From Gnetum montanum (Eukaryota > Plantae > Gnetophyta): 64,000 bases of DNA. The position numbers and the translations under genes are program-made. Under the pieces are notes generated by a model that ran no database searches, was not told where the DNA came from, and saw only the letters and a program-made list of their open reading frames with translations. Of this stretch, positions 1-12,640 are shown piece by piece. The stretch covers positions 62,001 through 126,000 of the forward strand of contig MNCI01000685.1 in the NCBI GenBank assembly GCA_015680685.1, given 5' to 3'. Within the stretch, counting starts at the first letter, position 1. Each line of letters begins with the position of its first letter.

Positions 1-948
1 ATGGATAAACAACGGAAAGAGCAATCTTAGCATTGGTGGCAACACGCTTCATTTTCTTTGTCTCTCTTTCTCTACAAGCTATCAAATAAAATCTTGGATG
101 TCATTTATGTATGAGTATTCATCACAATGGTCATGAACACTAATGTTGTAATATGCTTATTGATCCATTCACTGGGCACATTGAGCTTGTCATCCCATTG
201 CATCATTAGTTGTCAGTTATTTAATAATCCCATACCTACCCAATATTTTGTAAAGAACTTCTTTCTCTTCTTCTATACTCGAGGACGAGTTTTCATTCAA
301 TCATGGGGGTATGATAAGAGTGGTTACTCTAGCAGTTATTCTAGTTATTAGAGCAGTTACTTTAGCGGTTACTCTAATTATTAGAGTGGTTACTCTAGCG
401 GTTACTCTAGCAATTATTCTAATTATTAGAGTGGTTACTCTAGCAGTTATTCTAATTATTAAAGAGGTTACTCTAGTGGTTTTTTTAGTAGTTATTCTAA
501 TTATTAGAGTGGTTACTCTAATTATTAGAGTAGTTTCTCCCAAGTCTATAAATACAGTGCCTATGTGCACAATTGGGAAGGAAGTCTTTTAGCAATCAAG
601 TAGCAAAACTCTTGTAGTCTGTTTGAAAGTTAGAGTATTTTCTAAGTGCTCGCAATAGGAGGTCTAAGTATGGATGGATCTTTATTCGAGCATTATGTAC
701 CTGAGCACACCTTGTGTACAGAAATAAAGATGAGCTCTTCGATTCATCCTTGTAGCACTTGAGATTTGTTTTCTTATGCATTTCTTTTATTTTATTTTCT
801 TATGCATTTATTTTATTTTATGCACATTACATTTCTTTTATTAGCATAGCAATTCATTTTGATCAATTAAGAAAATTGTTAAATTACACAAGCACGACCA
901 CTTCGAGCATGCATGTAATTCTTGGTAACCTAGTAACGATTAGCATTT
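1..948 (+). mobile_element. 3' end of Athila-like Gypsy LTR retrotransposon (3' UTR, PPT ~304-311, 3' LTR from 312, cut by assembly join)
   Basis: Colinear with 37520-38490 of the element at 28787-38848; TGGGGGTA PPT followed by TGATAAGAG LTR start at 312; ends at single n 949. Confidence 0.9.
318..535. repeat. U3 tandem repeat of mixed 12-bp (GTTACTCTAGCA) and 21-bp (GTTATTCTAATTATTAGAGTG) units in Athila-like LTR
   Basis: Directly visible; contains near-palindrome ACTCTAATTATTAGAGT; same array at 37838-38075 and starting at 28795. Confidence 0.9.
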
Positions 949-1175
949 NTTACTTTTATTTTTCTTTCTTCTACTTGGTTCAAAAACCTTTCTCTTAGTA
1001 GATGAATCAAAAATCACTTTTGGAGACCTAGAAGTAGTTAATCTTTCTTTCGATCATAGATTATATTGATTTTCTTCCTTGTTATTACACTCTTCATCTA
1101 ATGATATATCTTCTTCGAAACTTGATAGGGAAGAGGTATCACTAGATCCATTGTTGGAAGATTTGCTTACATAAT

Positions 1176-1241
1176 TGATGAGTGGCAAGGTACCCCTACA
1201 CTCAACCATACGAATATGAGCATTTCACACATGATCCAATC
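1176..1241 (-). mobile_element. Terminal 66 bp of Athila-like LTR lying on a mis-oriented contig (950-1241)
   Basis: TGATGAGTGGCAAGGTACCCCTACACTCAACCATA is the reverse complement of the LTR ends at 38815-38848 and 61998-62032; contig bounded by n at 949 and 1242. Confidence 0.9.
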
Positions 1242-1502
1242 NGAAAGGTTTTTGAACCAAGTAGAAGAAAGAAAAATAAAAGTAAAGAAGATCAATTAGA
1301 GCAAAGTACTCAAAATCAATCTTTTAATAAATGGATGAAGAAACTAGACTTTTATGGAGATGGAGAATATCATCTAGTTAAGGATCTCAAAAATGTTAAG
1401 GCCAATATTAGCATATATCAATTGTTATAGGTAGAAGATTAGCAAAGAAAAGATTTGGAACTTATTAAGGATAAAAGGAGAGTTGGAGAGTTAGAGTTAA
1501 GC

Positions 1503-1859
1503 TATGGAATATGATGACTAGATGTTCCACAATAGAATTAGATAGATCTCATCTATAAATTTATATTAAATAAGATGAGATACTATTCGTGTAATTTTTA
1601 TCCAATTCCATGTTTAGTACATCCTATATTAAGAAGATCTTTAAATAAGATGATAAGGATCATCCCCATGATTTCCAAGATTCATGCTTATCTCTCCAAA
1701 TCTATTCTTGGGAGATAAAGGCCTATATAATTGTATCAACACATATTCATTCATAAGAGAAAAGATGATACAAAAGTTAGAAAGTTTAATAACAGTTCTA
1801 ATAAAGTTATTTATTTCCTTTAAGCTTAGATCATAGATCTAGGGCTCTTTAGATCTTCA
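1503..1859 (+). repeat. 5' LTR of Copia element
   Basis: Direct repeat of 6931-7296; starts TA (TG mutated), ends TTCA. Confidence 0.93.
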
Positions 1860-1861
1860 TT

Positions 1862-1873
1862 TAGTATCAGAGT
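1862..1873 (+). promoter_or_regulatory. Primer-binding site, tRNA-iMet (mutated)
   Basis: TAGTATCAGAGT vs canonical TGGTATCAGAGC directly after the 5' LTR. Confidence 0.8.
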
Positions 1874-1910
1874 AGGTTAGCTTAGATTCTTAACAATAGA
1901 TCTCTCTAGA

Positions 1911-4900
1911 ATGGCCCAAAATCATGGATCCTTGTCTCTCCAAGTTCCTGTATTCAATGGAGAGAATTATGAATATTGGACAATCAAGATGTAGACGTTT
2001 TTAATCTCACAAGATATATGGGATCTTGTTGAAAATGGATTCCAAGATGTTGATTAAGCAACATTTCAAGCCTTGAAGGAAGATGAAACGAATGAATTTA
2101 AGGAGCTTTGTAAGAAAGATGCAAAAGCATTATTCATCATTCAATTTGGGTTAGATCTAACAATCTTTCCCAAAATTGTCATGCATCAAATTAGCAAAGC
2201 TACATAGGACACACTAGAGACTGCATACAAGGGATCATTAAAAGTTCACGTTGTCAAGTTACAAGTATTAAGGAAAGAGTTTGAATCTTTGCGCATGCTA
2301 GGTTTAGAGAATATTGATCAATACATCAACCCATTTCAACAAACTTTAAATGGACTTGAATCTTGTGGAGAAATTCTTGAGGAAAGGCATGCTATTGAAA
2401 AGATCCTTCGAAGTGTAACCTGACGATATGATCCTATCGTTGTGGCTATTGAAGAAGCAAGAGATCTTGATAAAATGACCATGGTTGAGCTCGTAGGAAG
2501 CTTAAGGACATATGAGCAAAGAATTGCTGATCATGAGGAATCAATAGTGAATGCATTTCAAGCACAATTTCAGTGGCCATATAATCAAAATCAAAATCAA
2601 CATCAAAGATCCTTAAGTGGATCCTCATTCAGAGGACATGGATGCAGTTATGGTAGATTTGGAGGTCATGTTTGTAGAAGATCAAATCAAGCAAAGGAAG
2701 GTAAGCATTGTGATTTCTGTGGTACCAACACCCACAATACTCTTGAATGTTGGTCAAGGAAGAAGTATGAAAAGAAGGGTAAAGTAAAAATCGTAGAACA
2801 TGAAGATCAACAAAAATGTAAGAAATTATTTTACATTGAAAAGGAGGAAGATCAACTCTTGATCTCTACAATGGTACCATATGCTAGCAACAACAATAAT
2901 ATTTGGTATGTTGATAGTGGGTGTAGCAATCACATGACAGGGAATAAGAAACTGTTCTCAAGCTTTGAAAAATATGATGGAAAGGTAACTACAGGTAATG
3001 GAAAGAAGTTAACCATTGCTGGGATTGGATCACTAGCCTTGACTGCAACTCCAGGTAACAAATATGTTATTTCCTAGATATATCTTATTCCAAATCTTTC
3101 AAAGAATTTATTAAGTGTGAGGCAATTATGTCATAATGGGTATTGTGTTGAATTTGAAAAATATGTTTGTAAAATTTTTAAGGCTAATGATGATAAAGGT
3201 ATTACCATTATCCCTATAAGCAAGAATCAGATGTACAAGTTGTAGATGCAAAAGGATGTTCATTGTCTCACTGTCACTGAAGACATAGCATGGTTATGGC
3301 ATGCTCAGTTAGGACATGTCAACTTTGGCTCAATGGACCGCATGCAAAAAGGAAAAATTGTAAGAGGTATGCGAAATTTTTCTTTGCCAGATAATCATAA
3401 TTGTGGCATATGTCAACTAGGAAAAATTACAAGGTTGTTGTTTTCTAGAAAAAAACATAGATCTCAAGAAAAATTAGATCTAGTTCATATGGATTTATGT
3501 GGTTCTATGCAAACATTGAGCCTAGGTAAAAACTGATATATGTTAATCATAGTGGATGATTTTTCTAGATTTTCTTAGGGGTATTTTATGAAATGAAAAG
3601 ATCAAACATTGGAATTTTTTAAAGAATTCTAGGTGGAAGTAGAAAATCAAAGTGGCAATACAATTAAGAAAATTCGAATAGATCATGGTGATGAATTTTT
3701 ATCAAATGAATTTGATGAATTTTGCAAGAAAAGTGGAATTATTCATCAAACTACCACATCGTTTACACCTCAACAAAATGGCATCGTTGAGAGAAAAATA
3801 GAATAGTGGTTGAAATGCAAGATGTTTACTCCAAATGTCAAGTTTAGAGAATAATTTTTTGGCAGAAGCTTGTGCAACATCAATTTATCTTTTAAATAGG
3901 GTGTCATCAAGGTTAATTCTAGACAAAACACCATATGAATTATGGAATAGTTATCCACCCAATATCTCTCATTTGAAAATTTTTGGCTCACCTTGCTATG
4001 TCCAAATCCCTACACAAAATTGTTAAAAATTAGATATGAAATCTACACCATGTATTTTTCTTGGATATGCTTTAAACTCCAAAGCATACAAGTGCTATGA
4101 TGTTGAAAATAAAAGGGTAGTTGATTCATGTGACATGAATTTCATGGAGAAAATGTTACAACATACTAGAAAATCTGTAGCCAATCAAAATCAACCATAG
4201 CAAAATTGTATTTTCGGTTCAAGCAACACACAAGCCTCACAATTCAAGCTGCATTCTTCTCTTTCTTCTAGCAATAGTGGAAGTGATGATGGATTAGTTT
4301 CTCTATAGGAAGTTGCCATCACCACACCCACGCATTGGATAAAAAATAATAGCCACATCAATGTGTTGGGTCAACACGTAGTCAGAATCAAACCCACATC
4401 TAGCACTCCACCACCAATCCATCGATCTACTTTGTTGCATGCCTCCATTGGACTATTTTGCTTACAGGAATAATCGTAGCCATGGAGGAAGAGATGTGCT
4501 TGTTGCTACCAACCCAAAAATGTTAGTCTACAGGGTTGATAATTCTCATTTTTTGCACGAAGAAATAACCAACCAACCATTCTCCACTATCGCTCCTGCA
4601 TATAATCTTTTCAACCATGATATGGGACACTATGATGGTAGTTTTCAATTGACCAAATATTGCACACCTGTCCCACATGGTGCTGCTATCTTACAACCAC
4701 AGCCATTCCAATGTGGACACTCAACGTTTTCTAGTGAATACCATTTTTGCCCATAATTTGATGTTATCCAACACCAACAATACCACCATCACAAAGTTTC
4801 CTGCAATCTTCCATATTGGTATGATGCTAATCGTACATCCATTTTTTCCTCTGCCAACCATATTTTTTGGTCACCTACAACTTTCTGATAGTCCAATACA

Positions 4901-6930
4901 TATATGATGCCACAAAATTTTAGCACTTCATCCTTATTGCCACGATATTTTTCCACTCTCCAACAACATCCAAGTTGGGAGACAAATCATTCTAATGAGG
5001 CATCTATTTCCAATCTTGCTTCATGTGGGGATAAAAATCAAAGTGTTTCAAAGGTCAATGTTATGCAACAACATCATCAGATTTTATTCCCTCTTCAAGG
5101 TCAAACCTTTGCAGCAATGCCCTCCCAAATCATTCCACTTGGCACACCTTCTACATCAACAATGTCCACATCATGATAGATTCCTTCTACATCCTGGTTG
5201 GCTACCTATCATCTAGCCTTACAAATGTTGGATCTAAATTTCAATAGGCGCATGACCCATAGTCACTTTAAAGAGAACAATATACACCTAACCCATGATG
5301 TGGAAGATACTAAAAATGCTCTCTTCACTACCATGGATGATGAATTCTTTATGTTGCTTATGTTGATAGAGGGGAGCAATGATGGTTTGCTAGAACTATC
5401 CATAGTCGACAAAGCTATGCATGATTCCCAATGGATTGCTACCATGGAGAAAGAGTTGCAACAAATTCACAAAAATAATACTTAAAGCCTAGTTCTTCCT
5501 TCACCTAGTAAGCAAATCATTGGTTTAAAATGGATATTTAAAATTAAGAAAAATTAGTATGATGAAATAGAAAAATTCAAAGCTCACCTAGTTGCAAAAG
5601 AATATCTCCAACAGTAAGGTAGAGACTTTGATGATAACTTTGTTCCTGTTTCATGGATGGAATCCGTGAAGGCCTTTCTTGCCATTGCTACACAAGTTGG
5701 CTATGTGGTTTATCAACTGGATGTGGCCTCTGCATTCCTCAATGGATTTTTTAATGAAGAATTTTACGTGGAACAACCACCAAGCTTCATTGATGAAGGA
5801 AAAAATCATGTTTAGAAGCTCTATAAAGAATTATACGGGCTCAAGCAAGCTTCACATGCATGGTACACATGTATTCGTGCATTTTTCATGCAAGAGGGCT
5901 TCATCAATCTTTAGTCCCAAACAATAATATACAAAAAAGTATCTTGAGATGATTTTATTTTTATCTATTTATATGTAGACAATTTAATCTATTTTTCATC
6001 TACAATTGCATTAGGAAATAATTTTCTTAATGCCATGAAAAAAGAATTTGCAATGTCTAATTTAGGGAAGATGTCATACTTTTTGGGTTTTCAAGTTATC
6101 CAGAAAACAAAATCAATTTCCATATTTCAAATGAAATTTTCTCAATCCTTAATTGTAAAATTTGTCATGATTAATTGCAATTCTTAAGATACACCACTTG
6201 CCCTTGGTACCAAACTTACCAAGGATGAAAAATCCCCATCTATCAACCCTTCACTATACAGATCCCTAGTTGGTAGTCTAACGTATCTCTCCAATACTCG
6301 TCCAGATATCCAATATGCTATAAATTACCTTTCTCAATTCATGCAAGATCTGCATAAATCACACTAGAAAGTTGCAAAATGGGTATTGCAATACCTAAAA
6401 ACTATAACAAATTTTTGGACCATGTTTCATCGACATACAAATTTCAAAATATGGGGATACACTGATGTAGACTAGGGAGGTGACCTTAAAGATTGAAAGT
6501 CAACTTCTAGTTTTTGTTTCTTCTTCGGTCCATCACTTATCTCCTAGGGATCAAAGAAGCAATCTACAGTTGCACTCTAAATAGCAAAAGCAAAATACAT
6601 AGCTATATCAAATGTTGCTACTCAAGCTATATGGATTCACTCGATTTTTACTAAAATGGGATATATACTTGAACCTTCCATTTGCTTATACTGTGATAGC
6701 ACAAGTGTTGTTGTGATGGCTCACAATCCTGTTCATCATGGGCATTCCAAGCACATAGATGTCAAGCATCATTATCTCAGAAGCTTGATCCAAGATAACA
6801 TATTCAACATGGAACATTATGCAACAAAAGCACAAATGGTAGACATCTTTACTAAGATTCTGAGCCATGAAAAGTTTGAGTCTTTCCAAGACTTCCTAGG
6901 AGTGGAACCTCTTACCATCATGGGGGGCTT
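1911..6930 (+). pseudogene. Copia gag-pol polyprotein, many stops and frameshifts
   Basis: VPVFNGENYEYW gag start, CxxC-x4-H-x4-C knuckle (CDFCGTNTHNTLEC), WYVDSGCSNHM protease, LVHMDLCG and TPQQNG integrase, RT LYVD, RNase H YCDS/KHIDVKHH. Confidence 0.93.
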
Positions 6931-7296
6931 TGTGGAATATGATGACTAGATCTTCCACAATAGAATTAGATAGATCTTATCTATAAATCTATATTAAATA
7001 AGATGGGATCCTATTCATGTAATTGTTATTCAATTCCATGTTTAGTTTGTCCTATATTAAGAAGATTCTTAAATAAGATGATAAGGATCATCCCCATGAT
7101 TTTCGAGATTCATGCTTATCTCTCCAAATGTATTCCTGGGAGATCAAGGCTTATATAATTGTAGCAGCACATATTCATTCATAAGAGAAGAGATGATACA
7201 AAAGTTAGAAAGTTTAATAAGAGAGTACTTTTTCTAACAAAGTTCTTTATTTCCTTTAAGCTTAGATCGTAGATCTAGGGCCCTTTAGATTCTTCA
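6931..7296 (+). repeat. 3' LTR of Copia element
   Basis: TG...CA termini, preceded by PPT, followed by TSD TAAGC. Confidence 0.95.
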
Positions 7297-7301
7297 TAAG
7301 C

Positions 7302-7742
7302 TATGTATCTAACATTTATAAGATAGCAAAAACTAGCTATAGTTGTACTCTTGACAAGGAAGCTCCTTCTTTTCTTTTGACAATGAAGTTAAAGGATAAA
7401 ATCTTCATAACTGTTTAGTTGATTCTGGAGCTACATCTACTATCATACCATTGTCTATATGTAAAAAACTTAGTTTGAGTTCTAAAAAATCCAATAAAAA
7501 GATTTGTTCAAGTGGAAAAAAGTAGAGTAAAAATTGTGGATTAGTTGTTCAATGTTCTATTAGAAATCACTTTTGAACCTCATATAACAAGTGGAATAAC
7601 TATCCAAGTGGTAGACATACCAAATTCACATAGTCTTTTATTGAGTAGAAGTTGGAGTAAGAATTTCTTTGGTTATATATTAACAAATTAGTCTCATATG
7701 TGGCTACCTTAGAAAGGAGAGCCAAATCAAATATACATTTAT
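7302..7742 (+). pseudogene. Aspartic protease of host Tat element
   Basis: Translates APSFLLTMKLKDKNLHNCLVDSGATSTIIP ... LLLSRSWS ... HMWLP*KGEPNQI. Confidence 0.85.
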
Positions 7743-7824
7743 TTGGCCGATAGGCCATTACCAGTCATAATTCGGCAATGCTAATTTTTTGTACGTAACG
7801 TTGACTAACGTTGACTTTTCCATG

Positions 7825-8089
7825 GGCCATTTCGGTAATGCAACTTTGTGCACAATGATGACATGTAACTAAAATTCCAGACAGGCCATTTCGGTAATGC
7901 AACTTTGTGCATAACGCTGACGTGTAGCTAAAATTCCAAACAGGCCATTTCGGTAACGCAACTTTGTGCACAATGCTGACGTGTAATAAAATTCCAAACA
8001 GGCCATTTCGGTAATGCAACTTTGTGCATAACACTAATGTGTAATAAAATTCCAAATAGGCCATTTCAGTAATGCAACTTTGTGCATAA
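7825..8089. repeat. 58-59-bp tandem repeat, ~4.5 copies
   Basis: GGCCATTTCGGTAATGCAACTTTGTGCA recurs at 7825, 7884, 7943, 8001, 8059. Confidence 0.95.
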
Positions 8090-8507
8090 AGTTATGGCTA
8101 AAACCTATGTTAGAACCATGGCCTCTACTGCGACCATGACCAGTAGATCTATCAGAGCCGTGGCCTACCCTCTTCATAGTTTTTGCTCTATTGTAGGATC
8201 TTCGGCAGCCATGTCACGATGTTGCATAGTCTACAATGCAAATATGCCATGGCCATCAGCCTAAGAGGGATGTAAATATCTCTGACAAGAATCGTGGTGA
8301 TCTGCTGATGATGTGGCAACCATACCACAGTGCTGCACAGTGATGTACAAAGGTCACGAGATGCACAGTGGTGTACAAAGTTCACGGGATGTGCATGGGA
8401 GAGTCCAACACGGGCAAATGCATAGCGCCACCCTTAAATTTGAGTGTAGAGTAGCGAACAGAAACGTAGAAGCATCGAACAACGTGAGTAGCAAACTGGA
8501 ATGAAAA

Positions 8508-8745
8508 ATGGTGCAAGGGACTATGCAAGGATTGTTCGCAAGCAACGAGGAGGAAGTAGAGGGTCAGAAGGCTACGTAGCTATTCATTTTTGCATTTGCA
8601 AAAATGTTCACGGCAATGGCAGCCTTAAAGCTGGGCATTCCAGATATTCTAGCGGTGGAGGGTCCAAACGCCAAGCTAACGCTTGCAGAAATTGGGCAGC
8701 GCCTACAGAGTAAGAATTCGCTCGATCTGGACGTTCTCAAAGTAG
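8508..8745 (+). pseudogene. Captured 5' fragment of a plant class II (COMT/AEOMT-like) O-methyltransferase, dimerisation domain
   Basis: Frame from 8508: MVQGTMQGLFASNEEEVEGQKAT*LFIFAFAKMFTAMAALKLGIPDILAVEGPNAKLTLAEIGQRLQSKNSLDLDVLK, matching the EEE.GQ..W...FAF......A..LGIPDI.A.EGP.A.L...EI...L OMT N-terminus; W codon changed to TAG at 8577. Confidence 0.85.
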
Positions 8746-9269
8746 GAAGTTTGAGTTGCATAAGGTTTTGAAAAAATTTTCTTGAAGTTGGTGGTGGCGT
8801 TGCCTGTGGCATGAAAATAAGTTGGTGGTGACTTTTTTTTTAATTTTTTTATATGTTTAAATATATGTAGAGGCTAATCCCAAACAACAAATTTGGCCGA
8901 GGGTGAGAGCATACACTAATTCATGGAATTTTTTTTCAGAAAACCCATCCTTAGGAAAAATAAGGTACAGAACTCTTGTTCTTCGTCCAGAAGGCATGAA
9001 AATTTGGGTTTTTAAATCTTGTTCTTCATCCAGAAGTCATGAAATTTTTTACTCAAAGAACTTTTTACTTATAAACAAATAAGATTCTCTTGGCCAATTT
9101 ATAGATATATATTATAAATATATAACTAAGCTAGTAGTGAACCTGTGATGATTTAAAACATTACTTCAAATAGAAAAAATAAAGTTACTGAGATAAGAGC
9201 TTTTGATACTAGAATATACACACTTCAAGAATTTGATAACTTTGAGAAAGAAGAATCTCAAGATAAGAG

Positions 9270-9660
9270 AAAATGAGAATTATACTTCGATGGTTCTTGT
9301 AACTCTGAAGGTGCAAGAGCTAGAGAAGTTCTTGTAAAGGATGATTCTCCAAAAATACTTAAAGTAATTCATCTATCTTTCCCTTGTGCTAATAACAAGG
9401 CTGAATATGAAGCTTTGAGTATTGAAATTAAAATAGCCTTGGAAAAAGGAATAAAGTTAATTACCGTAAAAGGAGACTCAAGATTAGTTTGTGAATAGAT
9501 TAAAGGTAATTTTGTGGTAAAAAGCTCATTCTTGTGACCTTATAAACAACTTGGCTACAAAATGTTGGATCAATTTCATTACTACAAAATAAATCATATA
9601 GGTAAAGAACATAATTATATAGCAAATGATTTAGCAAAAGCAGCTTCAACATTAGATGTG
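9270..9660 (+). pseudogene. Additional (archaeal-type) RNase H domain upstream of RT
   Basis: ELYFDGSCNSEGA, FPCANNKAEYEAL, VKGDSRLV, HIGKEHNYIANDLAKAAS. Confidence 0.88.
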
Positions 9661-9960
9661 AAAAAGATAGAAGGTTATGAATGTATAATGATTGAGAAAG
9701 AACATAAACCATTGGTACCAGATGACATAAAGCATTTAAAATAATTTGAAGATGATGATAAATTGCTTAGATTCTTAATGAATAAACAAGAATTCAAAAG
9801 TCAAATCATACCTGAAATAGCATCAAGGTTTAAGACAAATTCTATTTCCAAAAAGGTGATTGATTATAAACATGAGTTTAGTAAAAATTTGCTTACCAAA
9901 AAAGATATATAGAACCTAGATGATCAAGCTTTTGAAGTAGTAAATCTTCGATCTACTAAA

Positions 9961-12640
9961 ATGTCAAAGATGTTAAATGTCACAAAGGAAAATAATTTAG
10001 TTTTCAAGCAAAATTTATCATTACTCTTGAAAAATAATTTGAAAAATTTTTCTTGTTCTTATGATGATCTTAAAGCTTTTAGACTAGATGTGATGACACA
10101 TAAAATTCCTTTGGTAAATGATTCTAAGATAGTTAAACAAAAACAAAGAAAATTTAATCCATCATTTGAGCTAGCTATGGAAGTTGAGATCAAAAAGGTA
10201 TTGTAAGCGCAAATCATATATCCAATATGATATTTGACATGGCTTGGTAACCTTGTTCTAGTAAGAAAGAAGAATGACGATATTAGGCTTTGTGTAGATT
10301 TCAAAAATTTGAATGAAGCCTTAGAAAAAGATAAATACACACTTCATAAAATTGATGAAATGTTCATTAAAGTATCAGGTTGTCAAGTATATTCTTTCCT
10401 AGATGGTTTTTCAGGCTATAATCAGATCATGGTAGATAAGGGTGATAGATATAAAATAGCTTTTATCATCAAATGGGGAACTTTTGCTTACTAAAGAGTG
10501 ACATTTGGATTTTCAAATGTTGGTACTTTTCAAAGAGTAATGGATTTAGCTTTTAAAGGTTTAATAGGCAAGTTTGTTGTTGTTCATTTGGATGATATCA
10601 CTGTCTTCTCAAAAAGGAAGGAAGATCATATTAGTCATCTTCAACAAGTTTTTGACAAATGTCATGAGTATGGTATTTCATTAAATCCTAAGAAATGTAT
10701 CTTTGGGGTTAAATCTTGAAGTTTACTAGGCCACATAATCTGTCAAGAAGGAATTGCTATAGATAACTCTCGAATTCAAGTAGTACAAAATATTGAGCAT
10801 CCTACAAGTAAAAAGTCTCTTAGATATTTCTTTGGAAGGATACATTTTGTTAAGAAATTTATCCCTAGATTCACTGAAATTACTAAACCTTTAATGCATA
10901 TGCTAAAGAAAGATGCCCTAGTAGAGAGAACACTAGAATTAGAAAGAGCCTTAGTAGAAATTAAAAAGGCCATTCAAGAAGCTCCTTACTTGGTAAAACC
11001 AAAATTGAAAGAAGATTTTTGATTATATGCTTTTACTTTAAATGATTCAGTTGTTTTTTTAACTTAAAAAGATGAAGGTCAAGATAAACCAATTGGAATT
11101 TTTAGATATCAATTGAAAGGTTCAGAATTAAATTATTCAAACTTAGAGAAATAGGGATTTGTAATCATTAAGGCACTTTAGCATTTCAAATATCACTTGG
11201 AAAACTCATTAGTTCATATTATGCTAATAGAGCCTACAATCAAATAACTCTTAGCCCAAAATGAAATTAGATTAAAAAGAAGGAAATAACTTATAAAGCT
11301 TGAAGGTTTTAGGTTTTCATTGGAAATAAGTAAAACTATTAAAGGATTCAGATTAGCCAAGTTAACTTCTAGAGAAGATGAAATATGTGTGTTAAAGACT
11401 CATGAAGGGAACTGGTATGATGAAATTCTAGAATTCCTTAATACACAAAAGATTCCAAATAACCTAGTTACAAGTCAAAAGAGAGATTTCTTCAAAAGAG
11501 TGAATAAATTTGTGATTAAAGATGAAATCTTATACAGAAAGGATTTTAAAGAGATTTTGTTGGAATGTGTTAATAATGATCAAATTGGTCCTTACTTAAA
11601 ACAATTCTATGATCATTCAAATTTGTTTTATGAATCCCCTAAGTCTAGCATGCAACATATACTCTCCTATGGTTTTTATTGGCCTAATATGTACCAAGAT
11701 ATTAGTTTGAAAATGCAAAGATGTTACAAATGTTAAATTCATGGACCAAAAATCAAAAAAGCTAGAGCTTCCTTAAAACCAGTAATTGTAAATAGACCAT
11801 TTTAACAATGGGGATTAGATTTTATTGGTACAATTACTTTTTTAAGATTGGACATAAGTTTATTCTCACAACTACTGATTACTTTACTAAATGGTCTAAA
11901 GCAAAGGATCTAAGGAAAAGTTCAGCATCATACGTGATTAAGTTCTTGGAAAATTAGATTCTAAGTCAATTTAGTCTACCTTAAGTATTGGTATCTGACA
12001 ATAGACCTACTTTTCAATTTGAAGAGTTTATAACATGGGCATTGGCAAAATCCATCTTTCTATTTTCTTCTTCAAATTATTATCCTCAAGAAAATGGCTT
12101 AGTTGAATCTACAAATAAAAAGCTTATTTCTTACATTAAAAAGTTGAGGAATGGGAATCCAGGAAATTGGATTGATTATTTGCAATTTGCATTATGAACT
12201 GATCATATTAGATTTAAGAAGGCTATTCTGATGTCATCTTATAACCTGACCTATGGTTTTCCTGCTAGAATTACGAACAAGAATATAAGTTCTACCTTAG
12301 ATTTTGTGCAAAAGTATAGTGAAAAAATCAATAAAGTTAGAAGCTTCATGATCTTGCTCATCAAAATAAAAGCTAAAATGAATAAACCTAAAGATAATTT
12401 ATTAAAGAATGTTTCTTAAGTCAAAAGGTGGTTTAATAGAAAGGCTTTGAAAAGAACTTTTAAAGTTGGTTATCTTGGATTATTATGGAATATAAAGAAG
12501 CCAAATAAATTTTTGACAATATGGATTGATCCATTTAAAATTAAGGAGCAATTATCAGAAGATATGTACAAGTTATCAAAATTAAGTGGGATAGAGTTGT
12601 AGTTTCTGTATAATGTTTTACATATAAAACGTTATTTTGG
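9961..12640 (+). pseudogene. RT, RNase H and integrase of host Tat element
   Basis: RLCVDFKNLN, FLDGFSGYNQI, VHLDDITVFS, YSNLEK, GFYWP..CYKC, WGLDFIG, SSNYYPQENG. Confidence 0.92.

Larger units (their letters stand above)
1503..7296 (+). mobile_element. Full-length decayed Ty1/Copia LTR retrotransposon
   Basis: Paired LTRs 1503-1859 and 6931-7296, TSD TAAGC (1498-1502 / 7297-7301), tRNA-iMet PBS remnant, PPT TGGGGGGCTT, gag-PR-INT-RT-RH order. Confidence 0.96.
7743..9097. mobile_element. Non-autonomous ~1.35-kb element with TTGGCC...GGCCAA termini and 5-bp TSD, carrying a host gene fragment
   Basis: TSD TTTAT at 7738-7742 and 9098-9102; splits host pol between protease and aRH; richer in GC and CpG than flanks; subterminal tandem repeat. 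Confidence 0.8.

Noticed and set aside
301-592. Hydrophobic/Thr-rich repetitive ORFs on both strands (also 37736-38135)
   Set aside because: Products of 12- and 21-bp LTR repeats whose lengths are multiples of 3; no evidence of coding function
7825-8089. CRISPR-like appearance of the 59-bp array (also the 89- and 90-bp arrays)
   Set aside because: Whole units are homologous, there are no unique spacers or cas genes, and the context is eukaryotic
8240-8325. Faint legumain/GPI8-like peptide (ICHGHQ...ISDKN..IVV..ADDVA)
   Set aside because: Needs two frameshifts within 30 codons; cannot be supported without a search
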